Counted from the stretch's first letter, positions 9,572-17,983 are shown. The stretch is 52,079 bases of DNA from Candidatus Saccharimonadota bacterium (GCA_043737735.1 JAYTAB010000013.1:1-52079), one strand, 5' to 3'. The notes: generated by a model from the sequence alone, not told the origin. Numbers and translations are program-made.

Positions 9572-10270
9572 ATGGACTACGCACCCTACCAAGAATTCGC
9601 AACCAAAGTACTCGGCGTCACCTTTCGTGACATCGAATTGCTCATCACGGCATTTACTCACCGCTCCTATGTCAATGAGCACAAAAAGACAGTCAGCGTC
9701 CACAACGAGCGTCTAGAGTTCCTCGGCGACGCTGTGCTCGAGCTAGTCGTCACCGAATATCTGTATGGCAATTATGATGACCCAGAAGGCATCCTGACCA
9801 ATTGGCGCAGTGCATTGGTGCGAACCGAGAGTATCGGTGCTGCCGCCGCCAAAGCCGGATTCGAACCGCTACTGCGACTCAGCAGGGGCGAGAAACGCGG
9901 TAGTGACCGAGCCCGCGAGCAGATCCTGGCCAACGGATACGAGGCAGTACTCGGTGCCCTCTACCTCGACCAAGGCTACGCTGCCGCCAAGAAATTTATC
10001 ACCGAAACCATCCTTAGCACTTTCGAACAGATCCTGTCCAGCGGTTCGTGGATGGACGCCAAATCCCATCTCCAGGAAGTCGTTCAAAGCCGCGAAGGCT
10101 TCACGCCAGTTTACAAGGTTCTCGAAGAAGTCGGCCCAGATCACGATAAGATATTTACCGTCGGTGTTTTCGTCGGTGTAAACCTCCGTGGCAGCGGCAC
10201 GGGCCCTAGCAAACAGGCCGGCCAACAAAAGGCCGCCGAAGCTGCACTGGCGTATTACGCCGAGCAATAG
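9572..10270 (+). CDS. rnc: Ribonuclease III
   Basis: RNase III signature ERLEFLGDAVLELVV plus a C-terminal dsRBD (GPSKQAGQQKAAEAAL). Confidence 0.95.
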   Translation: MDYAPYQEFATKVLGVTFRDIELLITAFTHRSYVNEHKKTVSVHNERLEFLGDAVLELVVTEYLYGNYDDPEGILTNWRSALVRTESIGAAAAKAGFEPLLRLSRGEKRGSDRAREQILANGYEAVLGALYLDQGYAAAKKFITETILSTFEQILSSGSWMDAKSHLQEVVQSREGFTPVYKVLEEVGPDHDKIFTVGVFVGVNLRGSGTGPSKQAGQQKAAEAALAYYAEQ

Positions 10271-10348
10271 AACGCATCAGACGACTAGCGAAGGGTGGCC
10301 AGACACCATCAATGCATAAATAGCACAATTTGTGGTATTTTATGTACC

Positions 10349-11062
10349 ATGAGTTTGAGCAAAGTTGAGTTGACCGCTGACAAGACTGTCTTGCCGGTCG
10401 GAATAGAAGTGCCATGGGGAGAATGGCTACAATCGAGCGCTCATAGCGCCGTCTATACCAATGGAATTGATGATGGTCTATGCAGACAACCCCGAACTCG
10501 ATTGGATAATACGCATCTTGTGATGATTAATGGTCCATGTGGCGCTGGAAAAAGCACAATATCAAGGGTATTAGCCGAACGGTTGCCTAACGCCGTGCTA
10601 CTCAGCACCGATGATTTACGAGACACCATGCCGGAACCGCTCATACCCGATGTGTTGGGTCGTGATGAACGATTTGCTTTTATGAAAGATGTCAATTTTG
10701 TTGGTAGGCAAATAGCCAAAAAAGCGTTGCTAGCAGATCGAGATGTTATCGTAGACGGTATCCTGTATGAGGATGAGTGGATTGATCCTTGGACAGACCT
10801 AGGTGAGGCGTGCGGGGCACAGGTTGCGGACGTATGCGTTTATGCGCCGAAGGCTACTGTTACAGAAAGAGTGCTTCGGAGAGATGCGAATGAGAACAGT
10901 CGGCTAACACCAGCGAAAATTTCTGATTTGTATGATAAAGTGATGAGTTTCTATGTACATCGACCGGACTCCTTCGTTGTTAGAAGTGATGAATTAACGC
11001 CTATGGCTGCGGCGAACAGTATTGTTTACTATCTAGATTATGGAATCGTTGGAATACGCTAA
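10349..11062 (+). CDS. P-loop NTPase/kinase (AAA_33 / zeta-toxin-like fold)
   Basis: Walker A INGPCGAGKSTISRVLA followed by LLSTDDLRD. Start placed at internal Met MSLSKVEL. Confidence 0.6.
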   Translation: MSLSKVELTADKTVLPVGIEVPWGEWLQSSAHSAVYTNGIDDGLCRQPRTRLDNTHLVMINGPCGAGKSTISRVLAERLPNAVLLSTDDLRDTMPEPLIPDVLGRDERFAFMKDVNFVGRQIAKKALLADRDVIVDGILYEDEWIDPWTDLGEACGAQVADVCVYAPKATVTERVLRRDANENSRLTPAKISDLYDKVMSFYVHRPDSFVVRSDELTPMAAANSIVYYLDYGIVGIR

Positions 11063-11129
11063 AAACCTGAAGTACGCCAACTGGGAGGAGTGCAGACCAC
11101 TTGATAATACTGGAAGTACCCATAAGCGT

Positions 11130-11166
11130 AAAAACCCTTGCTATTTTTGGCTAGGGTTTTTATTAT
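11130..11166 (+). terminator. Rho-independent terminator-like hairpin after the P-loop gene
   Basis: AAAAACCCTTGC / GCTAGGGTTTTT stem with one mismatch, 8-nt loop, followed by a T-rich tract. Confidence 0.55.
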
Positions 11167-11197
11167 ATAGTTACAACAAACATAAGAGGAAAAGAAT

Positions 11198-11272
11198 ATG
11201 AGGGGACTTGCAAGGTCTGGAGGAATTCTCGTTATTCCTCAAGGCGCAGTCTGTTCATGCGTCGACCCATAA
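11198..11272 (+). CDS. Candidate 24-aa small ORF (MRGLARSGGILVIPQGAVCSCVDP)
   Basis: GAGGA lies 9 nt upstream of the ATG. The stop is followed 3 nt later by a terminator hairpin. The unit is bracketed by two terminators. Confidence 0.3.
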   Translation: MRGLARSGGILVIPQGAVCSCVDP

Positions 11273-11275
11273 ATC

Positions 11276-11305
11276 TCCCGCCCTTAAATCGGCGGGAATT
11301 TTTTT
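11276..11305 (+). terminator. Rho-independent terminator
   Basis: TCCCGCC / GGCGGGA 7-bp stem, 8-nt loop, then ATTTTTTT. Confidence 0.6.
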
Positions 11306-11332
11306 ATTATCGAAAAATAGAAGGGAAATTGT

Positions 11333-12250
11333 ATGGCGGCGGAACTTGTAACCCCTTTAGATTCACTATCTGGCATGCCTTTATCGGTGGCACCACCCTT
11401 GCAGCCGCTTCCACGAAATAACCCAAATGTAGCGAACTGGCATCATTTGTATCACCCTCGAGATTCTGCGGAGTTACACACTGTTGGTGGTTGTGCGCTT
11501 CGCAATTCACGTGTCCAGCTTTTGCTAGTACGTGATCATAATGTGGGTCGACATACTTATCATACTTACTTTAAAGGACCTGTATTGCCGCAGGAACATG
11601 ACGAAGATGCGCAGTTTAGTTTGATTGTTCTAGCATGTGGTGGATATTTGCCTCAAGAGGTTATTGATATATCCGGAGATGAACCGAAGGTTCGACAGAT
11701 GACCAACCAAGAATACGATGTATTTAGACTTGTGCCAAAACCGCGATTAGTGGGATTGGACGATGTCCGGAGATATAGGATCGCCCATGGTGGTGCTGGG
11801 GTTGAAGGTAATTTGACCAGTCAAACTAATCGTGAAGTTCTCCAGAGGCTAAACAGGCGCAACAAAGAACAAGCAAAAATGGGTTACAACAATTTCCGTT
11901 ATGCCTATGAGCCTATACGTGATTTTTTCCAGCAGTATGCAATCAAGCAACCGCTTGGGCATATCTCAGAAATTTATATTGATGAATTTTTGTTCACAGA
12001 GGACATAAGACGTCGAAATAATTTAGGCCACTGGTTGTTGGCAAAACAGTCTGAAGTTGCCTCAGAACGGGTCGAAGAAGTATATTCGCAAGCGCGCAAA
12101 ATGGGCGCATTGCATCCGCTTATGCCCCGACACGCCAATGATCTAGTCAAACACAAATTAGGCGATGTGAACCACCGATTGCGACTCTTGGATGACTTAC
12201 GATTACGATTACTTGGTAATCTCGAAGCGACTGGTGTAACTCTAGTTTGA
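11333..12250 (+). CDS. Hypothetical protein (His-rich N-terminal motif NWHHLYHPR...HTVGG...DHNVGRHTYH)
   Basis: 305-aa ORF with non-repetitive composition. No confident family assignment. Confidence 0.55.
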   Translation: MAAELVTPLDSLSGMPLSVAPPLQPLPRNNPNVANWHHLYHPRDSAELHTVGGCALRNSRVQLLLVRDHNVGRHTYHTYFKGPVLPQEHDEDAQFSLIVLACGGYLPQEVIDISGDEPKVRQMTNQEYDVFRLVPKPRLVGLDDVRRYRIAHGGAGVEGNLTSQTNREVLQRLNRRNKEQAKMGYNNFRYAYEPIRDFFQQYAIKQPLGHISEIYIDEFLFTEDIRRRNNLGHWLLAKQSEVASERVEEVYSQARKMGALHPLMPRHANDLVKHKLGDVNHRLRLLDDLRLRLLGNLEATGVTLV

Positions 12251-12355
12251 CAACAGAGGCCACAATCTGTAAAATAGTGTGGAATACCTTAGTAATGTGA
12301 TAAACCCTCGTTTCGTACCAGAGACGAGAGTAAGAAAGAGAGAAGTCAGCCTTTT

Positions 12356-12709
12356 ATGCTATCAATTCGTATGCAACGCACCGGTCGTAAGGGACACGCA
12401 ATGTTCCGTCTCGTGGTTCAGGAGTCTCGTTTGACACCGACAAGCGGCAAAGTCGTCGCTCAACTTGGCAGTTTCGACCCACACAATAGGACCGCTCAGG
12501 TTAATGTCGAGAAGGCTGCCCTGTACCTAAGCAATGGCGCTCAGCCCTCCGGCCGCGCTGCATTATTGCTGCAAAAAGAAGGCGTTAAGCTTCCGAAATG
12601 GGTCAAGCTTTCTGCGGCCAAGAACCGTAAGACTCGTCACCCCGAGAAACTTCGTAAGAACCAGCCTGCTGTAGTAGCCGTCGACGAGCCAAAGGCCGCT
12701 GAAGTCTAG
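12356..12709 (+). CDS. rpsP: 30S ribosomal protein S16
   Basis: MLSIRMQRTGRKGHAMFRLVVQESR...GSFDPH matches the S16 N-terminal signature. Confidence 0.9.
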   Translation: MLSIRMQRTGRKGHAMFRLVVQESRLTPTSGKVVAQLGSFDPHNRTAQVNVEKAALYLSNGAQPSGRAALLLQKEGVKLPKWVKLSAAKNRKTRHPEKLRKNQPAVVAVDEPKAAEV

Positions 12710-12870
12710 ACAGTCCTCCCTGGCCAGACTAATTAGTCGGCGTATTTAACTTATTACAAAGAATTACGGATTATACCACAAGTCGTCTATGACCTAGGTA
12801 ACATCAGTACTCTAAGGTTTTTGATATAGTGTAGTTTACTAGTAGATAACCCAGAGAGGGAAGGCCGACC

Positions 12871-13410
12871 ATGGATAGTAGCATAGACCAGAAATTTGTC
12901 GAATTTGTCGTAAGATCATTAGTCAGCAACCCGGATGCGGTTGTCATTGAGCGTCGTATTGACGAAAAGGGAGTATTGCTCGAATTGACCGTCGACCCTG
13001 AAGATCTTGGTCGGGTGATAGGCAAACGCGGTGCCACGGCTCAAAGCATCCGTACGCTACTACGCGCACTGGGTACCAAGAACGATGCCCGTTACAACCT
13101 CAAGATTGTTGATAATGGAGTCGGTGACCATGGAAGTCACGATGGCCATGACAGCCATGACAGCCATGATGATAATGGTCGATCGAGCAATAGCGGCTAC
13201 GACAGGCGAGATGACTCCGTCGGCTCCAGCAACTCTGCTAGCGACGACGCGACAAATCCGAGTGCCTCACGACCCTCGAATAATGACGGTGATGACGATG
13301 ACCTCGATAATGTAGTGACAACAAGCACTTCGAGCGATGAAATCCCAGAGAGCGATGCCATCGCCAAAACCCGCAAAGAGCTCGAAGCCTACGACGACCT
13401 CGACATCTAG
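12871..13410 (+). CDS. KH-domain RNA-binding protein (YlqC/UPF0109-like) with long His/Asp/Ser-rich tail
   Basis: KH GXXG motif VIGKRGATAQSIRTLL. Conserved position between rpsP and trmD. About 100-aa low-complexity tail. Confidence 0.8.
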   Translation: MDSSIDQKFVEFVVRSLVSNPDAVVIERRIDEKGVLLELTVDPEDLGRVIGKRGATAQSIRTLLRALGTKNDARYNLKIVDNGVGDHGSHDGHDSHDSHDDNGRSSNSGYDRRDDSVGSSNSASDDATNPSASRPSNNDGDDDDLDNVVTTSTSSDEIPESDAIAKTRKELEAYDDLDI

Positions 13411-13528
13411 CGGCGGGTTGGTGCGCACTTGGCGCTTTGCTGGCCATATGACCCCTGTCTATGCGGCAAGGGTCATTTTGTCTCCATACGGTATAATTAT
13501 GGCTATGAGTGAAAACGAGACAAGTTAA

Positions 13529-14170
13529 ATGAAGATTCAAATAATCACATTATTCCCAGAGATGTTCACGCAAGTGTTCGGCACCAGCATGCTTTGGAAA
13601 GCCAGCGACCGGGGCATAGTGCAGTACGAGATTATCAATTTGCGCGATTACGGCCTGGGTGCGCGTCGCCAAGTTGATGATACGCCGTACGGTGGTGGCG
13701 ACGGTATGCTGCTCAAGCCCGAGCCGCTCGTTGCAGCTATCGAATACGCCAAATCACAGGATCCGGAGGCGCAAGTCTACCTGCCAACACCTCGCGGCAA
13801 GGTATACAAACAGTCTGATGCCAAACGTCTGGCGGCCGACAAGAAGGGTCTGATCATCATCTGCCCGCGCTACGAAGGCTACGACGAACGCGTCACTCAG
13901 TGGGTGGACGAGCAATATTGCATCGGTAACTACGTATTAACTGGCGGTGAACTACCGGCCATGATCCTAGTAGATTCAGTCGTTCGCTTGCTGCCTGGTG
14001 TCCTCGGCGGTGAAACCAGCACCGAGATAGAATCATTCCAGGACGACGATGTTAGTATCGAATTCCCGCAGTACACTCGCCCGGCCGAGTTCCGAGGCAT
14101 GCCCGTACCAGAAGTCCTACTGAATGGCCATCACGCCGAAATTGCCAAATGGCGAAGCAATACTTCATAG
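13529..14170 (+). CDS. trmD: tRNA (guanine37-N1)-methyltransferase
   Basis: ITLFPEMF, ICPRYEGYDERV, LTGGELPAMILVDSVVRLLPGVLG. Confidence 0.95.
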   Translation: MKIQIITLFPEMFTQVFGTSMLWKASDRGIVQYEIINLRDYGLGARRQVDDTPYGGGDGMLLKPEPLVAAIEYAKSQDPEAQVYLPTPRGKVYKQSDAKRLAADKKGLIIICPRYEGYDERVTQWVDEQYCIGNYVLTGGELPAMILVDSVVRLLPGVLGGETSTEIESFQDDDVSIEFPQYTRPAEFRGMPVPEVLLNGHHAEIAKWRSNTS

Positions 14171-14255
14171 TACTGTGGGCTGAAAAAGCAAAGCGGGTGT
14201 TACTAGACTGCGTACTATCATATACTGGTACGTATCAGATAAGGGGGAATTAATT

Positions 14256-14642
14256 ATGAAACTATTGTCGTTTATCAAACCAGTTTACGCCCATTGCGAT
14301 CTGCCGTGCGGAGTATATGATCCGGCCCAGGCCCGAATCGAAGCCCAAAGTATCAAAGCTATCCAGGAAAGAATGGCTGAGTTCCAGGGAGACGACCGGG
14401 TGCGGGCAGTGATACTCAAAGAGGAACGGGCCGAGCTGGTCAAGCACCATCTAATGGTTCTGTGGGCGGATTATTTCAAGCCGCAGCATCTGGTGACATA
14501 CCCGGATTTGCACGACAAATTTTGGAAGGCAATCAAGCAGGCTAGTGAATGCAAGCATCATGCTGGACCAGAAGAGGGTCAAAAATTGCTGGAAATGATC
14601 GATGAAATTGCCGAAATTTTCTGGGCTACCAAGAAGGCTTAG
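14256..14642 (+). CDS. sodN: Nickel superoxide dismutase precursor
   Basis: Ni-hook HCDLPCGVYDPAQARIEA after a 13-residue leader. WADYFKP and a C-terminal FWATKKA closely resemble Streptomyces NiSOD. Confidence 0.95.
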   Translation: MKLLSFIKPVYAHCDLPCGVYDPAQARIEAQSIKAIQERMAEFQGDDRVRAVILKEERAELVKHHLMVLWADYFKPQHLVTYPDLHDKFWKAIKQASECKHHAGPEEGQKLLEMIDEIAEIFWATKKA

Positions 14643-14934
14643 GCACACGATAGTTGTGCGCCGTGTCAGTGGTGCTAGTATGGTGCCGACGCTTCGGCCG
14701 CAGCAGATAGTGGTTGCGACTGCGTTGAACCGGCAGTATGGGGTAGGCGACATTGTTATTTTTAGGCATGACGGCCTTGATAAGATCAAGCGGATTTCCG
14801 ACCTTCGTACTCTGGGTCCGATATACGAGATATATGTCATAGGCGATAACTACGAAGCTAGCACTGACAGCCGGCAGTTCGGCTGGCTACTCGGAACGAC
14901 GATCCTGGGGAGGGTGGTGTGGCCACGGCATTAA
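14602..14934 (+). CDS. sodX: S26-family peptidase, NiSOD maturation protease-like
   Basis: Signal-peptidase I motifs VSGASMVPTL and VIGDNYEASTDSRQFG. The start is uncertain: ATG 14602 overlaps sodN by 41 nt, and GTG 14656 is the alternative. Confidence 0.75.
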   Translation: MKLPKFSGLPRRLRHTIVVRRVSGASMVPTLRPQQIVVATALNRQYGVGDIVIFRHDGLDKIKRISDLRTLGPIYEIYVIGDNYEASTDSRQFGWLLGTTILGRVVWPRH

Positions 14935-15336
14935 GGCCGCCTAACAGCGTGTGCGAAATAATTCGCTGCAACGATCACGCCCGACACGTACCATAGAAAT
15001 AGCTTCGGTGGTGCAGCCAACAAGGTAGTTCGCGGAGGCGGGGGAAATATGTGAACGGTATGACCGTAGAGGGGAGAGCGGTGATGGTTGATCGCTACGA
15101 AACGAAAGCATTTGTGCGCCTGCATGGGCGGCATTTGAAATCCAAACTGAATAAGTTATATGCTAGTGCGCAAGACGCCAAAGTGGCTCGGACGTTCACT
15201 GATGATGCTAATTTGAGCCATGATACTGGCCGTCGCTGGTACAGACGAACTCGGCCTGGACAGCGCGACGATGACAATAGCAATAGCTGTTCAATTGACG
15301 CTGTGCTGCGAGTCTAAACACGTTATAAGAACATGT

Positions 15337-15705
15337 CTATAGATGTCTGGCGATGTGATTGACGCGAGCTGCCAGCTCGCGTGGTGATGTGTTGGCTTTG
15401 AGGATGTAACGGTGAGCACCGAGTTTACGGGCTTCTTCGACTTGTTCGTCTTCGTTGAGATTACTGAGAATAATAACTGTTGTCCCAGGGAATTTGTCGG
15501 CTTTGAAGTGACGGAGGAATTCTAGCCCGTCCATTTTGGGCATCAACATGTCTAGCAGGATCAAATCCGGCGACAGTTTCTCTAGCTCTGCAAGCCCTTC
15601 TTCACCATTGAAAGCGGTTGTGACTTCGTGTCCGTCCTTTTCGAGGATCAGCTTGTAGGCTTCGTTGAGAGTTTCGTTATCTTCTACTATGAGTACTTTA
15701 GCCAT
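15337..15705 (-). CDS. Single-domain response regulator (receiver only)
   Basis: VLIVEDN...DLILLDMLMPKMDG...K. 122 aa with no output domain. Confidence 0.9.
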   Translation of the reverse strand: MAKVLIVEDNETLNEAYKLILEKDGHEVTTAFNGEEGLAELEKLSPDLILLDMLMPKMDGLEFLRHFKADKFPGTTVIILSNLNEDEQVEEARKLGAHRYILKANTSPRELAARVNHIARHL

Positions 15706-15795
15706 GCTAAATATTGTATGTCATTGACTCGGATATGTAAAATTTGCATATTTTCGGTGGATAGGTATAGTAAAGAGGTTAAGGACCTTTGACAG

Positions 15796-17139
15796 ATGAA
15801 CAGTCCCACTGCGTGGAAATATATCAATAAAGGCTTGTTTGCTATTCTTGCCGTACTCGTATTGGCTACGATAGCCTCTATTATATTTCTCAGCAACACG
15901 CTATTCAAACTTGATTCATTGATCGGAAAAAGCGGTCAAAGCATTAGCATGACGCTTGCCCTACAGGATTTGTTTATCAATCTAGCTGATGCCGAAACTA
16001 GCTCTCGCGGCTATGTTATTACGGGCGAAGCACAGTATGTGAAGTCATATGATCAGGCTACACGTGATATACCGAAAAACCTGGCTAATCTGCAATCAAA
16101 TCAGCAGACAAAATTATCCAATGCGCAGAAGACAAGACTCAAAACCCTGACACAAGAAAGATTGGCGCTTCTGAAGCGAACAGTTGATGCTCGGACTGTG
16201 GGTGATACTGATACGGCTCAAGCCATCTTGGCAGACGGGCAGGGTAGCCGGCTAATGGACCTGATACGAACTGATGTTGAAACAATTTCGACTGCCAGCG
16301 TGGATGATATTGGACTACGCCAACTAGAGTCCGGCGTTTATTTGAGTCGAGCACTGTCGGTCGCTGGGGTGGTATCGCTGTTCGTATTGAGTATTTGTCT
16401 GGTGCTCATATGGTATTTTCAGCATACTGTACACCGTGAGCGGGTGCTCGAAGGTACTAAGAACGAATTTTTATCGCTTGCTTCTCATCAATTGCGAACG
16501 CCGGCGACCAATGTCAAACAATACGTTGGGCTGATTCTCGACGGCTATTTGGGTGATGTGACGGCAAAACAGCGTGACGCTCTGAAGGTTGCCTACAAAA
16601 ACAATGAATCGGAAATTCGCATTATAAATGATTTACTTGACGTTGCGAAGATCGACCTCCAGCGCATCCAGCTTCACAAACGTCGAATTAACGTAGTCAC
16701 GGTCGTAAAACATGTCGTCAAGGAATACGACCAACATATAGATAAGCATGGCCAGACCCTGACACTCAAGGCGCCACCGGAACTTATGGCGATGGTTGAC
16801 CGTGACTACTTCCAGGGAGTTATCGAAAAGCTGATCGATAATGCCGTCAAGTATTCATATGACAAGACGGGTATTACTGTAAGAGTGCGAGCTGACGAGG
16901 CAAAAAATAGATTTGAAGTGGTTGTTAAAGACCGTGGTCTCGGAATACAGAAGCGCGAAGTCCCCAAGCTTTTTATAAAATTTTCACGGCTGACGAACGA
17001 GTTCTCGGCACACACCGAGGGTAGTGGGCTGGGACTCTATTGGGTGAAGCAGATTATGGCCTTGCATGGCGGCTCGGTGAAGGTAGTCTCGCAGGAAGGC
17101 CGCGGTTCGAAGTTTACTGTCAGGGCACCCATCGCATGA
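15796..17139 (+). CDS. Sensor histidine kinase with CHASE3-like extracytoplasmic domain
   Basis: N-terminal TM helix, ETSSRGYVITGEAQYVKSY (CHASE3-type), second TM helix, H-box SLASHQLRTPATNVKQY, HATPase_c GSGLGLYWVKQ. Confidence 0.9.
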   Translation: MNSPTAWKYINKGLFAILAVLVLATIASIIFLSNTLFKLDSLIGKSGQSISMTLALQDLFINLADAETSSRGYVITGEAQYVKSYDQATRDIPKNLANLQSNQQTKLSNAQKTRLKTLTQERLALLKRTVDARTVGDTDTAQAILADGQGSRLMDLIRTDVETISTASVDDIGLRQLESGVYLSRALSVAGVVSLFVLSICLVLIWYFQHTVHRERVLEGTKNEFLSLASHQLRTPATNVKQYVGLILDGYLGDVTAKQRDALKVAYKNNESEIRIINDLLDVAKIDLQRIQLHKRRINVVTVVKHVVKEYDQHIDKHGQTLTLKAPPELMAMVDRDYFQGVIEKLIDNAVKYSYDKTGITVRVRADEAKNRFEVVVKDRGLGIQKREVPKLFIKFSRLTNEFSAHTEGSGLGLYWVKQIMALHGGSVKVVSQEGRGSKFTVRAPIA

Positions 17140-17144
17140 GCCGC

Positions 17145-17564
17145 TTATATTTTGGATGTAATTTCGGCAGGCACTGCTTTGGATTTCTTCGATTCGTCGG
17201 GACTGAGCACGTCAGCGACTATTTTGACGAGACCTTGCGGCGCTGTCCAGGCTTTGATGATGCATTGGTCGGCGCCAAGCCGAAACGCCTCGTGAATTTC
17301 TGAGGCGTGTTCTAGATTCGTGAAAATTAATACTTTCACGTTTTTATGTTTGCTAACTACGTCGTATTCCTGCAGAAATTCTACGCCCGATTTGACCGGC
17401 ATGAGCAAGTCTAGCAGGATTAGGTCTGGAGCGAAGTCGTTCACCAGCTGCAACGCTTCGTCGCCATTGCAAGCGGTTTCAACTTCGTATTTTTCCTTTG
17501 TGAGGATTATGCGGTAGGCCGCGTTCAAGTCTTGATCATCTTCAACTATAAATATTTTCGCCAC
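17145..17564 (-). CDS. Single-domain response regulator (receiver only)
   Basis: IFIVEDDQDL...DLILLDLLMPVKSG...K. 139 aa. Confidence 0.9.
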   Translation of the reverse strand: MAKIFIVEDDQDLNAAYRIILTKEKYEVETACNGDEALQLVNDFAPDLILLDLLMPVKSGVEFLQEYDVVSKHKNVKVLIFTNLEHASEIHEAFRLGADQCIIKAWTAPQGLVKIVADVLSPDESKKSKAVPAEITSKI

Positions 17565-17646
17565 TTTTGCATCTCCGTCTGTTATGGGTGTTATTCTGCG
17601 CTATCGCGAGACAATTGACAGTGGGATATGTTACTCAGAGGTCTAT

Positions 17647-17808
17647 TAGGCTTGCCGCTATATAACACCTCAGCCCTAAAACCGCCCTTTTTGCCCCATA
17701 TGCCTGCCGGCCTTCGCGGCGTAACACCGTTACGCCTTGTCGTCCGACAAGTATATGGGACAAAAATCATCGATTTTATGGCTCGAGGGCTATATAACGG
17801 TAAGTCTA
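17647..17808 (+). ncRNA. Candidate structured RNA or MITE-like inverted repeat (family unknown)
   Basis: 18-nt closing helix 17647-17664 / 17791-17808 (15 Watson-Crick pairs, 2 G-U, 1 C-A on + strand). Nested helices 17673-81/17774-82 and 17694-700/17753-59. Two apical hairpins at 17718-36 and 17736-51. Confidence 0.3.
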
Positions 17809-17983
17809 TTGGGGGTGAGTTTATGAAAAATTATATAGCCTACTTGGCGTGTGCAAGATAAGCTATAGACAGCCTATTGCACGCAGTTCTTTGAGATTCG
17901 AGAGGGGATAGACGGTCGCGCCGGCCGCAGAATAAAAAATGTGCAAAAGGTACGACGTGCTAATCTAAAGCGAGGAGGATGTC

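Noticed and set aside
9857-9867. GGATTCGAACC, the reverse complement of a tRNA T-arm consensus
   Set aside because: It lies inside the rnc coding frame (KAGFEPLL) and has no acceptor or anticodon arms around it. I found no tRNA genes in the window.
15051-15317. 88-aa plus-strand ORF (GTG start) and overlapping minus-strand ORF 14931-15134 in the 400-bp gap after sodX
   Set aside because: Neither has a convincing start or RBS or any recognisable motif. The region may hold a small basic protein or an ncRNA, but I could not support either. I also saw no tmRNA, SRP or RNase P signatures there.
15311-15330. 20-nt motif GA(G/C)TCTAAACACGTT(A/C)TAAG shared by 15311-15330 and 22177-22196, with weaker copies near 38127 and 39243
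   Set aside because: It matches at 18 of 20 positions. My rough estimate is that a few such pairs are expected by chance in a 52-kb window searched on both strands, and the positions relative to genes are inconsistent.
17628-17861. 77-aa plus-strand ORF in the receiver/KGG intergenic region
   Set aside because: It has no RBS and an implausible composition. It coincides with nested RNA-like helices, so I interpret the region as a structured non-coding element.
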